Positions 43,389 to 53,245 of a stretch of 64,000 nucleotides of DNA are shown here, in pieces. This DNA is from a virus (lineage: Duplodnaviria; Heunggongvirae; Uroviricota; Caudoviricetes), in the IMG/VR virus record IMGVR_UViG_3300049044_000033, positions 222,796 to 286,795 of that record; one strand, 5' to 3'. The translations under genes were made by a program, and so were the position numbers. The notes below the pieces were generated by a model. That model was not told where the DNA came from, did not search any database, and saw nothing but the letters and a program-made list of their open reading frames with translations. Position 1 is the stretch's first letter. Each line of letters opens with the position of its first letter.

Positions 43389-45011
43389 TTAACGATCGTA
43401 GGACGTCTTGGTGATCTTCTTGGATTTACCAAATTCCTGACGAGCAGCCTTCTTGAGCTCATCCAAGCTGCCATATTCTAGCTCAGCTTGCTTGATGATT
43501 GCTTCGTGGATTGTTTCGTTATCCTGAAAGTGCTTTTGACATACTGCCCTAATGGCCTGGTAGACACTCGCGTGTGGATTTGCCTTGATGGTTTCACGGA
43601 CAATACGTAGAGCTTGGGCCAACTGTCCTTGGGTCAAATTATGACCAGCAGCTTCCTCTAGTTCTGCCTCTTCCTCTTCAAGTGCTTCAACGAGCCCCTT
43701 AGACAGGGCCTCAAGACGGGCACGAGTTTCATGGACGCTAGGTGTACCCTGGTTCTGATAGGACCCTTGCTGAACGCCTGCGAGCTTCTGAACCTCTTGG
43801 ATCTGCTGAGAGAAGAATACATCATCAGTCGTATCTTCTTCGACCTTTTCTTCCTCTTCGACTTCCTCGTGGAACTGACGGTATTCACTAGTTGGCATAA
43901 CATCAATACCTAGGACGTAAGCGCCTTCCTTAATGTCGACTTCTACTTCTCCAGCAGCAACCTTGGCCGCGATAGAACGAGCAGCGCCATAATCAGCGAA
44001 GCCTTCCTGGATTAGCTGAACCTTAGTACCAGCAGTAGCCCAGCTTGGATTCTCAGCCGTGCCAATGTTTTCCATCATCTGGGTGTGGACCACCACAACA
44101 AAATTATTGGCCTCCATTACAGGCTCCTCCTCTGTTTCTTCTAGTGATTCCTCGATATCAGCCAATGGCATGTTATCGTTGTCGTAATCATCACGGATCT
44201 CTTCATTAAGACTCTCGTGGATTTCATCTTCAATATCAGTTGCGAGCGCATCTTGTTCCATCACATAGTTGAGAACTAACTGATGAAACTCTGCTTCGCC
44301 GAGTATGCCATTTTCCTGCATATATGGCGTATTGACATAATGTCCATAAGCACGGGAGAGCACGGTCTCAATTGGAAAGCCCTCATTATACCCTGACCAA
44401 TCCAAGCATTCTACCAAGTCACCCTTGTAGATTACATCACCGATAGACTGAAGACCTTCTGAAAGACTCTCGCTGATCTTCTTAGCAATCATAATTGGAC
44501 TCTTGATCCCAGTAGTGATCAGACCCTTCTTCTTGAATTCGCTGTAGGTCTTTTCGTCAGTCAACATCGCGCTGCTATTCGAGGCAGAGAATGCAATGAC
44601 CTGAAAGTGTTCCATATCGAACTCAGTGCAGCCACCATACATGACATTTGGCTTAAAGGTAACTTCCTTGAATGCCTTGATAGCTTCTCCTTTGCTCGAA
44701 TAACCAAGCATGACTTTGTCTTCGTCAAACTTGCTTCCATCAACAGTCAGCTGATGCATCACATAAACCCTAGCATCTTTCTTGGGGTTCTTCCTCAGAT
44801 AACAATCGAGGTGTTCTCCGTCAGGGCTATGAGTGCCTTTGATATAGCCATAGTGGGCTGGGATCTTTATAGCCCATTCCTCACCGGTCTTTTTGTTTTT
44901 GCCGCGGCGATAACCGTCGGCGGGCACCTCAACTGAGATATCTAGGCCTTCAAAATGTTGACGGCTGTGAAGTTTTGCCTCATTGAGGCTCTTGAAAAAT
45001 TCCATGCTCAC
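43389..45011 (-). CDS. protein with N-terminal inorganic-pyrophosphatase-like domain and long acidic C-terminal extension
   Basis: IPAHYGYIKGTHSPDGEHLDCYL and VYVMHQLTVDGSKFDEDKVMLGY parallel the family I PPase NYGYI..T...DGDPLDVLV and V..M.D..G.D.K motifs. Total 540 aa. Confidence 0.4.
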   Translation of the reverse strand: MSMEFFKSLNEAKLHSRQHFEGLDISVEVPADGYRRGKNKKTGEEWAIKIPAHYGYIKGTHSPDGEHLDCYLRKNPKKDARVYVMHQLTVDGSKFDEDKVMLGYSSKGEAIKAFKEVTFKPNVMYGGCTEFDMEHFQVIAFSASNSSAMLTDEKTYSEFKKKGLITTGIKSPIMIAKKISESLSEGLQSIGDVIYKGDLVECLDWSGYNEGFPIETVLSRAYGHYVNTPYMQENGILGEAEFHQLVLNYVMEQDALATDIEDEIHESLNEEIRDDYDNDNMPLADIEESLEETEEEPVMEANNFVVVVHTQMMENIGTAENPSWATAGTKVQLIQEGFADYGAARSIAAKVAAGEVEVDIKEGAYVLGIDVMPTSEYRQFHEEVEEEEKVEEDTTDDVFFSQQIQEVQKLAGVQQGSYQNQGTPSVHETRARLEALSKGLVEALEEEEAELEEAAGHNLTQGQLAQALRIVRETIKANPHASVYQAIRAVCQKHFQDNETIHEAIIKQAELEYGSLDELKKAARQEFGKSKKITKTSYDR

Positions 45012-45370
45012 CAGAGGATCCTCCAGAAGAATGTGTTACCCGTGCTAGTGTTCTTTAGCGGAGTGACCTGGTAGCCGAGATCAACAAAGTTTTTCTGCAC
45101 AATGTCAATCTGCTCTTTGAGGCTGCGGTTATCAACTTCGGCGAATAGAACGCCATAATAGTCACGGGCGTCGGTTTTGGCTTCATTGGAGGGATCGTAG
45201 CTCTGTGGATCAGTCATCGGGCTGACTACAGTTTTACCAACATCGACGGATAGTTCACCTTCCTCAATGGCTTGGTAGATTGCCTGTTCAATGGCACGGA
45301 TCTCCGCATGAACCGCAAGGTTGTTGCGCGATCCAGCTCTAGCTTCGGAAGCCGTAGGGAAAGTCCTCAT
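45008..45370 (-). CDS. hypothetical protein (120 aa)
   Basis: ORF coupled to its neighbours. Confidence 0.4.
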   Translation of the reverse strand: MRTFPTASEARAGSRNNLAVHAEIRAIEQAIYQAIEEGELSVDVGKTVVSPMTDPQSYDPSNEAKTDARDYYGVLFAEVDNRSLKEQIDIVQKNFVDLGYQVTPLKNTSTGNTFFWRILW

Positions 45371-45735
45371 AGTTCATCACCCTTCCTGTCAATCGAACGG
45401 AGAGCAGCGCTCTTGATCGCTTTATCATCTTTCTCAGCTTGCTTTTGATCTACTTGACGACCAGCAGCTGGATTGTCGATAAAGATGCTCATCTGACCAG
45501 TCTCTGGATCGGGGGTAACATTAATACCCTGGACTCCATCTAGAGCTTGATTAACTAGCTCAGGGGAGGCAGCTGTTCCTTCGAGTTCTGGATTAACCGA
45601 AAGCTGATCTACGACTTGTTGAACCGTGATAGTTTTGGCACCCTGAGCCTTTAGAGAAGCCATAATATCAAGGATGAGGTTTTTAGCAAGCTCTACCACT
45701 CCTATATCTTCGGCAAGAATCTCATTCCAACGCAT
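45367..45735 (-). CDS. hypothetical protein (122 aa)
   Basis: ORF. Confidence 0.4.
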   Translation of the reverse strand: MRWNEILAEDIGVVELAKNLILDIMASLKAQGAKTITVQQVVDQLSVNPELEGTAASPELVNQALDGVQGINVTPDPETGQMSIFIDNPAAGRQVDQKQAEKDDKAIKSAALRSIDRKGDEL

Positions 45736-45809
45736 AGCGCCCTCCTAATTTATCCACTATTTACTATAGTCATGGTAAAGCCCCAGCGTTTCCACCGGGG
45801 CTCCACTTC

Positions 45810-48002
45810 TTACTTGTTCAGCTTAGGATTAATCGAAACTTTCTTCGAAGGTGTAGGGTTAATTGAAACCTTCTTCGAAGCAGTTGGATTAATTGAGACC
45901 TTCTCAGAACCCTTTGGATCAATACGGACTTTTTCAGAACCAGTTGGATTGATCGAGACCTTATGCGAAGGGGTCGGGTTGATTCTAGTTGCAGCACCTG
46001 CTGAAGCACCGGCCATAGCAGCGGCAGCGCCCATGCCAAGAGCTGCCTTCTTCAGCTTGTCCTTCAGACCTTCTTCGAGATCTTCAGACTCTTCGACCTT
46101 CTCTTCCTTTGGCTCTTCGGCCTTTGGCTCTTCCTTCTTTTCCCAAGGCTTACCACCTTCTGGAGCCGAAGAGCCCTTGACTTCTTCAGCCTTTGGTTCA
46201 GCAGCTTTTTCGCCACCTTCGGTCTTAGCAGAACCTGCTGGGTTAGACTTTAGCTTCTGGTAATCAGTTGAGAATGGCTCACCCTTATACTGACCCATAG
46301 TATCTACTGGCCAGTGAGCAGCATTGATGTTCTCTTCCAAGGACTCGTTAGTTTCATCATCAACCATAGCTGAACCGTTAGTCGCGAAGTCACCAACGTT
46401 CTTTGGGTTCTGACCGTCCTTCTTCATGTTGTTGATCATCTTCTGAGCAACACTACGTTCTTGACCATCGAGACCCTGCATTGCAGTAGAGATGCCCTTG
46501 TTTGCTGCGCTCTTGTCCTTAGACATGTTAGCAGCAACCTTGCCCATCACGCCAGCAGCGACTTTCTTGTCCTGGCTAGATAGAGCGTTGAACTCACGAA
46601 GCTTGCTTACGCTGTAGGATGCTGGGCTCATACCGTATTCGGCCATGAAGGACTCAACAACCCAAGTGTGGCAGTTTTCAGCGCCTTCCATCAGACCGCC
46701 GGCACTTGCCATCTTATTAGCAAATTCGGTGACAGTCTTGCTTGCCATGCCCTTACCGAACTTCTTGAGGTTACCCTCAATCAAGCCAGCGAGAGTGCGA
46801 GCAACTAGAGCGCCTTCAGAAACAGCGTCATCACCCTTCTGCTTCTCGCGACGTGCCGACTTGCGAGCCTTGAACTTTTCTTCCTTGTCGGAATCTTCAT
46901 CATCAGAATGACGGAAGGTCTTACCTTCTTCTAGTTCATCATCGCCCTTCTGCTTTTCCTTACGGGCAGATTTGCGAGCTGCGAAACGATCAGCCTTGTC
47001 TTCGTCTTCGTCGTCACCCTTGCGGAAAGTCTTGCCTTCCTCGAGTTCGTCTTCGCCCTTACCCTTTTCCTTGCGAGCAGACTTACGAGCCTTGAAGCGA
47101 TCTTCCTTATCGGAATCCTCATCATCGTTCTTCTTGAAGGTCTTACCTTCAACTAGGTCAAGGTCAGCAGACTGGGTGAAGGTTGGCTCAGCGAGCTGTG
47201 CCATTGCGGCCATACCGTGCTTCTTCTTACCAATCCAACCAGCAAGCTTAACTGGATCCTGAGCAGCCTTCTTGGCAACGCTCGAAGCAAAGCTCTTGAA
47301 GTGATCTTCTGGCATACCGAGAGCAGCTTCATTGAGAACCCAATCAATCAGTGCGTCAAGACCTTCGGTCTCAATCAGCTTCTGACCAGCAGCTTCAAGG
47401 ATGATGGACTCGTTGAGAGCCTTGCCGCCTTCAACGCTTTCCTTCTTAGCACGACCCAGTGGCTCTTCAACTGGACCAGCAGCCGCATCAGCAGCACCAA
47501 AATCGTCCATTGCGCCATCGATGTCAGCTTCGCCGCCCATGTCATCACCGGCTGGTTCAGCAAATGGTTCAGCAGCAGGTTCTGCGCCAACATCAGCAGC
47601 CATGTCGTTAGCTGGCAGCTTGCCCTCTAGACGCATAATTGCGTTGCCCATTTCGTCCTTAGCGGAACGAACGCTATTCATAGCAGCAGTGATAACACCC
47701 TGAGCTGATTCCTCAAACTGGTGGGCACCGTCCTGGCCGAAAGTTGCCTTCATCTTGTCCACTAGTGGGAAAAGATCCTGTGCGTTCATCTTAGCGAGAT
47801 CTTCAGCCATGTTCTGCAACTTGTGCATCATGTCCTGTGCTGCTAGGATGAGTTCTGCCTGGTCTAGGTCATTTTCAAGAAGGGTTGCCATGCCGGTTGG
47901 CTGAGCAGCTTCTTCCAGCTTACGAGCAGCGACGAGACGAGCCTGCACGGTTGCAACCTCCTCCTTGATCGCCTGAAGCCTGTCAATCTTGTTCTTGTTC
48001 AT
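45810..48002 (-). CDS. large repeat-containing protein (coiled coil plus tandem repeats)
   Basis: 730 aa. Three tandem 36-aa repeats (EGKTF[KR]K.DDED.DKE[DE][KR]F[KA]ARKSAR[KR]EK.KG.DEL). A C-terminal run of 9-aa repeats (S.KVSINPT) is repeated six times. Confidence 0.55.
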   Translation of the reverse strand: MNKNKIDRLQAIKEEVATVQARLVAARKLEEAAQPTGMATLLENDLDQAELILAAQDMMHKLQNMAEDLAKMNAQDLFPLVDKMKATFGQDGAHQFEESAQGVITAAMNSVRSAKDEMGNAIMRLEGKLPANDMAADVGAEPAAEPFAEPAGDDMGGEADIDGAMDDFGAADAAAGPVEEPLGRAKKESVEGGKALNESIILEAAGQKLIETEGLDALIDWVLNEAALGMPEDHFKSFASSVAKKAAQDPVKLAGWIGKKKHGMAAMAQLAEPTFTQSADLDLVEGKTFKKNDDEDSDKEDRFKARKSARKEKGKGEDELEEGKTFRKGDDEDEDKADRFAARKSARKEKQKGDDELEEGKTFRHSDDEDSDKEEKFKARKSARREKQKGDDAVSEGALVARTLAGLIEGNLKKFGKGMASKTVTEFANKMASAGGLMEGAENCHTWVVESFMAEYGMSPASYSVSKLREFNALSSQDKKVAAGVMGKVAANMSKDKSAANKGISTAMQGLDGQERSVAQKMINNMKKDGQNPKNVGDFATNGSAMVDDETNESLEENINAAHWPVDTMGQYKGEPFSTDYQKLKSNPAGSAKTEGGEKAAEPKAEEVKGSSAPEGGKPWEKKEEPKAEEPKEEKVEESEDLEEGLKDKLKKAALGMGAAAAMAGASAGAATRINPTPSHKVSINPTGSEKVRIDPKGSEKVSINPTASKKVSINPTPSKKVSINPKLNK

Positions 48003-48014
48003 ACGATTTGCTCC

Positions 48015-48317
48015 TTAAGCGGAAGTCTTTGTTCGCTTGATACGCTTTGGCGCTACTTCACTGAGAAAAATGGAAATGGCTCCCTGGATCAAAACAGCCT
48101 CACTATAGTGGGGATTGTCATTGTAGGAATTAAAAGCAGACTCAGAAATGATACTGCTACGCTTTTGACCATATGCCTCATAGACACTCTGGAGTTCAGC
48201 CAAGCTATTAGCTGCTTCAAAGTCAATCGTTACCCCATGGGTAGATTCTAGGATATTTAGAATCCTAGACAAACGATAACTTGAGCTAGTGTTGAGGTCA
48301 TCGATGACCATAAGCAT
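48015..48317 (-). CDS. hypothetical protein (100 aa)
   Basis: ORF. Confidence 0.4.
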   Translation of the reverse strand: MLMVIDDLNTSSSYRLSRILNILESTHGVTIDFEAANSLAELQSVYEAYGQKRSSIISESAFNSYNDNPHYSEAVLIQGAISIFLSEVAPKRIKRTKTSA

Positions 48318-48413
48318 CCTTCCAGTTAGCGCGCTGCGTTAGTTCACATATTTAGCGCGGATGCCGTTCAGTCAGCAGGAAACAGCTAACATTATGCTAG
48401 CCGTTCCTTTCTA

Positions 48414-49142
48414 TTAGCGGAGGGATTCGTTAATGGACTTGATAGTATCCTGAGCCACTAGCGCATTTGCTTTAGCGGCATTGAATCGGTCCTTGAACAC
48501 GTTAGCGGCAGCCGTTTCACCTAGTTCCATAGAACGCTGGTAACGAGCTTTGTGCCTACCAGTTTCGATGCGATTACGGTTGAAGTCCTCTTCTAGTTCC
48601 AGGACTTCCTGAACCTTGGATGAAGAGAGGTCATGACCCTTGTTCATCAGCTTCATGATCGCAGTAGCAGATTCCTTAATAACTAGGTCACCTACTACGT
48701 CCTGACGAGAAGCATCAACAACAGAATAACGGTTTACTTCTTTGCCATTGCTTTCCTGGATGGTTGCAAGAACCGTGAAAGGTCCATTACCCTTAGGTGC
48801 TGAGGTAAACTGAGAAGATTCAATCAATGGCTGCGTCTGGCGAGGAGCCGAAACTTCATCACCGCCTAGAGCATTCATCTTCTCTAGCAGGTTCTTCATT
48901 GCATCTACTTCTTCACGACTAGTTCCGTAGCTTGGCATATATGGCTGCGCCGGAGGTGCCTGACGAGATTCGTGGAGAGGACGCTGAGTTCCTGCGTATC
49001 CACCGCTGTATTGGCCCTGCTGTGGTTGCTGAACTGCAGGAACATTTGTACCGCCGCCATTGCCACCATTCATGATTTGTAGAAGACGAGCCATCTCTGC
49101 CTTATCAGCGTTACTAGGGCCCATAGGAATTAGGTTTGACAT
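48414..49142 (-). CDS. hypothetical protein (242 aa, Gly/Gln-rich N-terminus)
   Basis: ORF. Confidence 0.45.
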   Translation of the reverse strand: MSNLIPMGPSNADKAEMARLLQIMNGGNGGGTNVPAVQQPQQGQYSGGYAGTQRPLHESRQAPPAQPYMPSYGTSREEVDAMKNLLEKMNALGGDEVSAPRQTQPLIESSQFTSAPKGNGPFTVLATIQESNGKEVNRYSVVDASRQDVVGDLVIKESATAIMKLMNKGHDLSSSKVQEVLELEEDFNRNRIETGRHKARYQRSMELGETAAANVFKDRFNAAKANALVAQDTIKSINESLR

Positions 49143-49143
49143 G

Positions 49144-49374
49144 TTATCTCCAAAGATCGTCGAGTCGACTCACTATATAGAAGAGAGCACCATCACGCTG
49201 GGTTCTTTCCAAAACACCACGGCTGACCATCTTTCTGGCAACCTCACGTTGACGTTCATCCAACTCACTACGTTGGATAAAGCCTCCTTCTTGAGATTCA
49301 ATCAAGTCAATCAGTCCCTGTTCCTCAGAGGAAACAGGGATCTGAATCCCGCCACGAATCTCTCGGAATCGCAT
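49144..49374 (-). CDS. hypothetical small protein
   Basis: 76 aa ORF tightly packed between neighbours. Confidence 0.4.
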   Translation of the reverse strand: MRFREIRGGIQIPVSSEEQGLIDLIESQEGGFIQRSELDERQREVARKMVSRGVLERTQRDGALFYIVSRLDDLWR

Positions 49375-49377
49375 AGT

Positions 49378-50718
49378 TTACTTCTTACGGCGTTCGCCGA
49401 GGTAGTCACGACCCATCATCTGCACCTGATTAGTCAGATCCTGCAGCTTCTGGATCAAGCTTTTGTATTCGGAAAGGCGAATGTCTGCCAGCATGGTCTG
49501 AATGTTATTCAAGCCATCTTCAATCTGCGACATTGCTTCACTCTGAGTTGGAGCCATTGGCATCTCACCTGGCATACCAACTGGTTCAATTGGGTCAGTA
49601 CCAATAGCGCCTGGAATACCGGCATCGTCTGGAAGATCTGAACCTAGTTCAGCATCAAGATCGCCACCCATATCTACTGGTTCTTCGCCCGCCGGCGCCA
49701 TCTCAGGAGCATCAAGGTCACCAAGGTCGTCAGCTACATCACCAACCGGACCAGCAGCTAGAATACCCTCTGGATCAATCTCAGGGGCATCTGCAACTTC
49801 AATACCTGCGATGTCATCGTCCATGAGAGGAAGACCTGCGAGTTCGCGCAGGCGGAAGAGTGGATTTACTTTGTTCATACCAATTACTCCTTCGTCTAGG
49901 CGGCTCACTTCAGTCTCAGCTACCATTTCAAGCTGGCCGTTCATAATAACGCCGATGGTTCCGTTTGGTCCGTGAGGGATCTTGACCTGGCCAGAAACTT
50001 CACCGACCATTACATCCTCACCAATTGCGAATTCGATCTCCTCGTCAAAACGACGACCCTTGTGCTTTACGCCACGGCCATATTTGTCAGACTTACGAGG
50101 GTCCTTACCATCAGCATGGGCGCCTGAACGACCAGCTACTGGCATTGCTGCTAGAGGGTTACGTGGCTTCATATCAGCCATCTTTGCCTTAGCGTCATTG
50201 ACACGCTTATTAGAATTCTTGCTCATCTTTTCCTCAATTTCCACGGAATCACGCACCGTTGGCTTACGGAGGATCTCCGATAGAGCGCGACCAGTGCGAT
50301 ACGCTGCCTCGCGATCCATACACTCAATGTTGTAGGAAAGCGGGCTAGTAGCCTGATACTCTACTTGGTTTTCATCCAACCAGTCAAGAACTCGGTCGCG
50401 GGTCTGTTCGGAAACTTCAACAGCATAGCTGAAGCCTTCATCCACTCGGGTCATCACACCAAAGGTCTCGTCTAACGCTTTACCTTCGCGGATGCTTTCC
50501 CATTGTGCGTTCAGAAGATCGTCGCTCATTGCTGCCTCACTCATAATCTTGATACCATATTTACCTAGTCGTGAATTGACTCGAGCAGTTCGACCAGACT
50601 TTATGTCATCGACAAGACCCATTAGTTCATTGCCGTCAATCTGAGCCTTAACTTCGGTTGCCTTCTTCTCGTCAACACCCTTGCTCACAAGATAATCAGC
50701 TAAGTCGAACTTATCCAT
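49378..50718 (-). CDS. hypothetical protein (446 aa, acidic C-terminal region)
   Basis: ORF. It is the last minus-strand gene before the divergent intergenic region 50719-51025. Confidence 0.5.
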   Translation of the reverse strand: MDKFDLADYLVSKGVDEKKATEVKAQIDGNELMGLVDDIKSGRTARVNSRLGKYGIKIMSEAAMSDDLLNAQWESIREGKALDETFGVMTRVDEGFSYAVEVSEQTRDRVLDWLDENQVEYQATSPLSYNIECMDREAAYRTGRALSEILRKPTVRDSVEIEEKMSKNSNKRVNDAKAKMADMKPRNPLAAMPVAGRSGAHADGKDPRKSDKYGRGVKHKGRRFDEEIEFAIGEDVMVGEVSGQVKIPHGPNGTIGVIMNGQLEMVAETEVSRLDEGVIGMNKVNPLFRLRELAGLPLMDDDIAGIEVADAPEIDPEGILAAGPVGDVADDLGDLDAPEMAPAGEEPVDMGGDLDAELGSDLPDDAGIPGAIGTDPIEPVGMPGEMPMAPTQSEAMSQIEDGLNNIQTMLADIRLSEYKSLIQKLQDLTNQVQMMGRDYLGERRKK

Positions 50719-51025
50719 TCTTCTTGCCCTTTCTTACGTGGATGCGGGTTTTGATCTTTGGACCACGGCTTTCCTGAATGATCAGCTCAAACTGGTGAGC
50801 CCAAAGACTTTTAGCCTGCTCAAATGTAGCGGCAGACAATTTTAAAGGCTCATCGCCAAATAGCTCAGAAAGAGTCATCTAATACTCACTCAGTTCATGT
50901 TGGATCTAGTGGTATTTAGCTTATTGCCTACTCTTCGGAGCAAACTTGCTAGTTAAAGCAACACACCCGAAATCAACACTTTACGGTAAATAATCGTAAC
51001 AGCTCGCGAACTAAGGAGACTACAA

Positions 51026-51271
51026 ATGGGCGATCTATTTAAAAGTGTAGTCGAAATGATCGCGAAGGGCGAAGCAGGTTCACTGACGGCTATCCTTCTA
51101 GCTATCATCGGGGTTCTGGGATGGTATTGCTACCGTCTTATGAAGCAGGTGGAAAAGAAGGACGAGAAGATCTACAAGATCATCGACGAATATTCCAAGA
51201 ACAACATTACCATCACTGATGCGTTGAATGGTCTAAAGACTGTGTTGATCGAGATTAAGGCAAAGCTCTAA
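51026..51271 (+). CDS. small membrane protein
   Basis: 81 aa, one TM helix (SLTAILLAIIGVLGWYCY). AAGGAG RBS 8 nt upstream. Confidence 0.45.
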   Translation: MGDLFKSVVEMIAKGEAGSLTAILLAIIGVLGWYCYRLMKQVEKKDEKIYKIIDEYSKNNITITDALNGLKTVLIEIKAKL

Positions 51272-52938
51272 TGTGGTTCAATAAGGATAAAAAGGCTAAG
51301 AAGCAGCAAAGGGAAGCAGTTCTAAAAGCTGCGATGGAATCTAGCGAAGCTTTGGAAAAGGCCGCTAAGGGGACCATGAATCTAGCCGAAGATGTTACTA
51401 AGACTCTTCAGAGCCGAATTGATGATTATGCCCAGCAGATTGACCAAACAGCCCGCCTCCTAAGTGATGCCCTCATGCTTGTTGATGATCACGGAATCAT
51501 TGAAAGCTTCAACCAAGCAGCTGAAAGCATGTTTGGTCATGCTCGTCGTTCAATTAGAGGCAAGAATCTTTCTACCCTTTTTGAATTCCAACAAGACACA
51601 AAGATCACCCCAGACTTCATGGAAGAGCTGATGAACAAGGTGAGCGAGAATGATCTCTCTGCTACTGTTCATTATGAAGACTTTATGGGAGTCCGCAAGG
51701 ATGACACGAAGTTCTATGTTGATGTAGGCGTAAGCAAAATCATCCGTAGCAATTCAAAAGTCAAGTATATCATCCTGGTTCGTGACGTAAGCCAAAAGGT
51801 CATGAATAGCAAGATGCTAGAAGAATTAGCTCAGAGGAACCAAGAACTCCTAGCAACTATCGATGCTTCAAATACTGGGTTCATCATTATTAGTCCTGAT
51901 GGTAGTGACTTCAAGATCAACTTCGTGAATGAAGGCTTTAGTCGCCTAACTGGTTATTCGAGAACTCAAATACGTAACATGAGTCTAATGGACCTTCTTG
52001 GCATAGAGCAGACATTCTGGTCAGTGCGCCGCAGTCTATTGGAGCACGTAGAAGCACGTCATGAAGTTCAGCTAGAAATCGGCAACTGTCAGACTATTTG
52101 GTTCGACGTTCAGATTACACCGGTCTTTCAGAATGGTGTGTTGAACCAGTGGATTCTAGTATTCTATGATACTACCGCACTCAAGAAGGCCTATCACGAC
52201 CTACGCAAAAGCGAGTCGCACTTTAAGGCATTCAGTGACGCTAGCTCTGAAAGTATGTTGATTCACAACTTTGGCCAGGTGATTGATTGGAATGATCGAC
52301 TCAATAAGCTGACCGGCTACTCTGACGAAGAGATCGAGCAACTCGGTCCACTAGATTTGGTTCATCCTTTAGAGCGTGAAAAGATTCGTGACGAAGTTCA
52401 TCTTCTAGGTAGTAACAGCTACGAAACCCTCTTCATGACCAAGCAGGGAGACGTTCGAGAAGTAGCAGTGAATAGTCGTTCAATTGAATGGGAAAATGCT
52501 GACGCTCGTATTGCTATCGTGCGTGATGTAACTGAATACAAGGATATCGAGACTCAGCTAAAAACAGCTAGAGAGCGTTACCGCACTGTCATTGATAACA
52601 CAATCGACATGGTGATCTGCTTTAATGCCAATTTCGAGATCACTTTTAGCAACCAGACCTTCCGAGACTACTATGATGTAGAACTCGAAGATATTAATGG
52701 ATTCTCCCTCCTAGAGATTATCCCAGAGCCTGATCACCGCAAGTTCATGGAGTATATGTTGAGCATTACTCCTGATATGCAAGTTCGTCGTGGAATTCAT
52801 CGCGTTCAGCGTCACGATGAGGTTAGAATGCAGGATTGGATCGATCGTGGTATCTTTGATGAAGATGGCACCTTGATCGAAATCCAAAGCATTGCTCGAG
52901 ATGTAACGAGTCTACTTCCTCCCCCAAATCAGACTTGA
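51271..52938 (+). CDS. multi-PAS domain protein without recognisable output domain
   Basis: 555 aa. About four PAS-like modules (for example LMLVDDHGIIESFNQAAESMFGH, FIIISPDGSDFKINFVNEGFSRLTGYS, MLIHNFGQVIDWNDRLNKLTGYS, MVICFNANFEITFSNQTFRDYY). ATG overlaps the upstream stop. Confidence 0.65.
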   Translation: MWFNKDKKAKKQQREAVLKAAMESSEALEKAAKGTMNLAEDVTKTLQSRIDDYAQQIDQTARLLSDALMLVDDHGIIESFNQAAESMFGHARRSIRGKNLSTLFEFQQDTKITPDFMEELMNKVSENDLSATVHYEDFMGVRKDDTKFYVDVGVSKIIRSNSKVKYIILVRDVSQKVMNSKMLEELAQRNQELLATIDASNTGFIIISPDGSDFKINFVNEGFSRLTGYSRTQIRNMSLMDLLGIEQTFWSVRRSLLEHVEARHEVQLEIGNCQTIWFDVQITPVFQNGVLNQWILVFYDTTALKKAYHDLRKSESHFKAFSDASSESMLIHNFGQVIDWNDRLNKLTGYSDEEIEQLGPLDLVHPLEREKIRDEVHLLGSNSYETLFMTKQGDVREVAVNSRSIEWENADARIAIVRDVTEYKDIETQLKTARERYRTVIDNTIDMVICFNANFEITFSNQTFRDYYDVELEDINGFSLLEIIPEPDHRKFMEYMLSITPDMQVRRGIHRVQRHDEVRMQDWIDRGIFDEDGTLIEIQSIARDVTSLLPPPNQT

Positions 52939-52989
52939 CGTTCTGGAAATTGGTGCTATTCCTATCTTATAGACAGATAGGAGGCAACT

Positions 52990-53187
52990 TTGGACGACGA
53001 CAAGATTATCGAAGATACGTTCGACGATGCATTCGAGATCATTCGGGACGGCAAGTTCCGAGTGCGGAAGAATAATGCGCTTCTAGCTGATATAGCTCGA
53101 GAACGCCGACTGAACCAGCTAAAGCAAGAAAGCCGATACCGGCATGATGTAAATCGTTTTGCCGACCAGGTCAGGAAGGTCGCTTAA
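52990..53187 (+). CDS. hypothetical small protein
   Basis: 65 aa ORF followed by a terminator. Confidence 0.35.
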   Translation: MDDDKIIEDTFDDAFEIIRDGKFRVRKNNALLADIARERRLNQLKQESRYRHDVNRFADQVRKVA

Positions 53188-53196
53188 AGACAAGAA

Positions 53197-53235
53197 ACCC
53201 CGGTAGTTGCCTACCGGGGTTCTTTGTTTCGTTTC
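53197..53235 (+). terminator. rho-independent terminator
   Basis: AACCCCGGTAG/CTACCGGGGTT stem followed by CTTTGTTTCGTTTC. Confidence 0.55.
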
Positions 53236-53245
53236 TAAGTAGAAC

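Noticed and set aside
45772-46263. 163 aa plus-strand ORF with repeated GLIETFFE units
   Set aside because: Mirror image of the KVSINPT repeat region of the 730 aa minus-strand protein. Repetition creates an open antisense frame.
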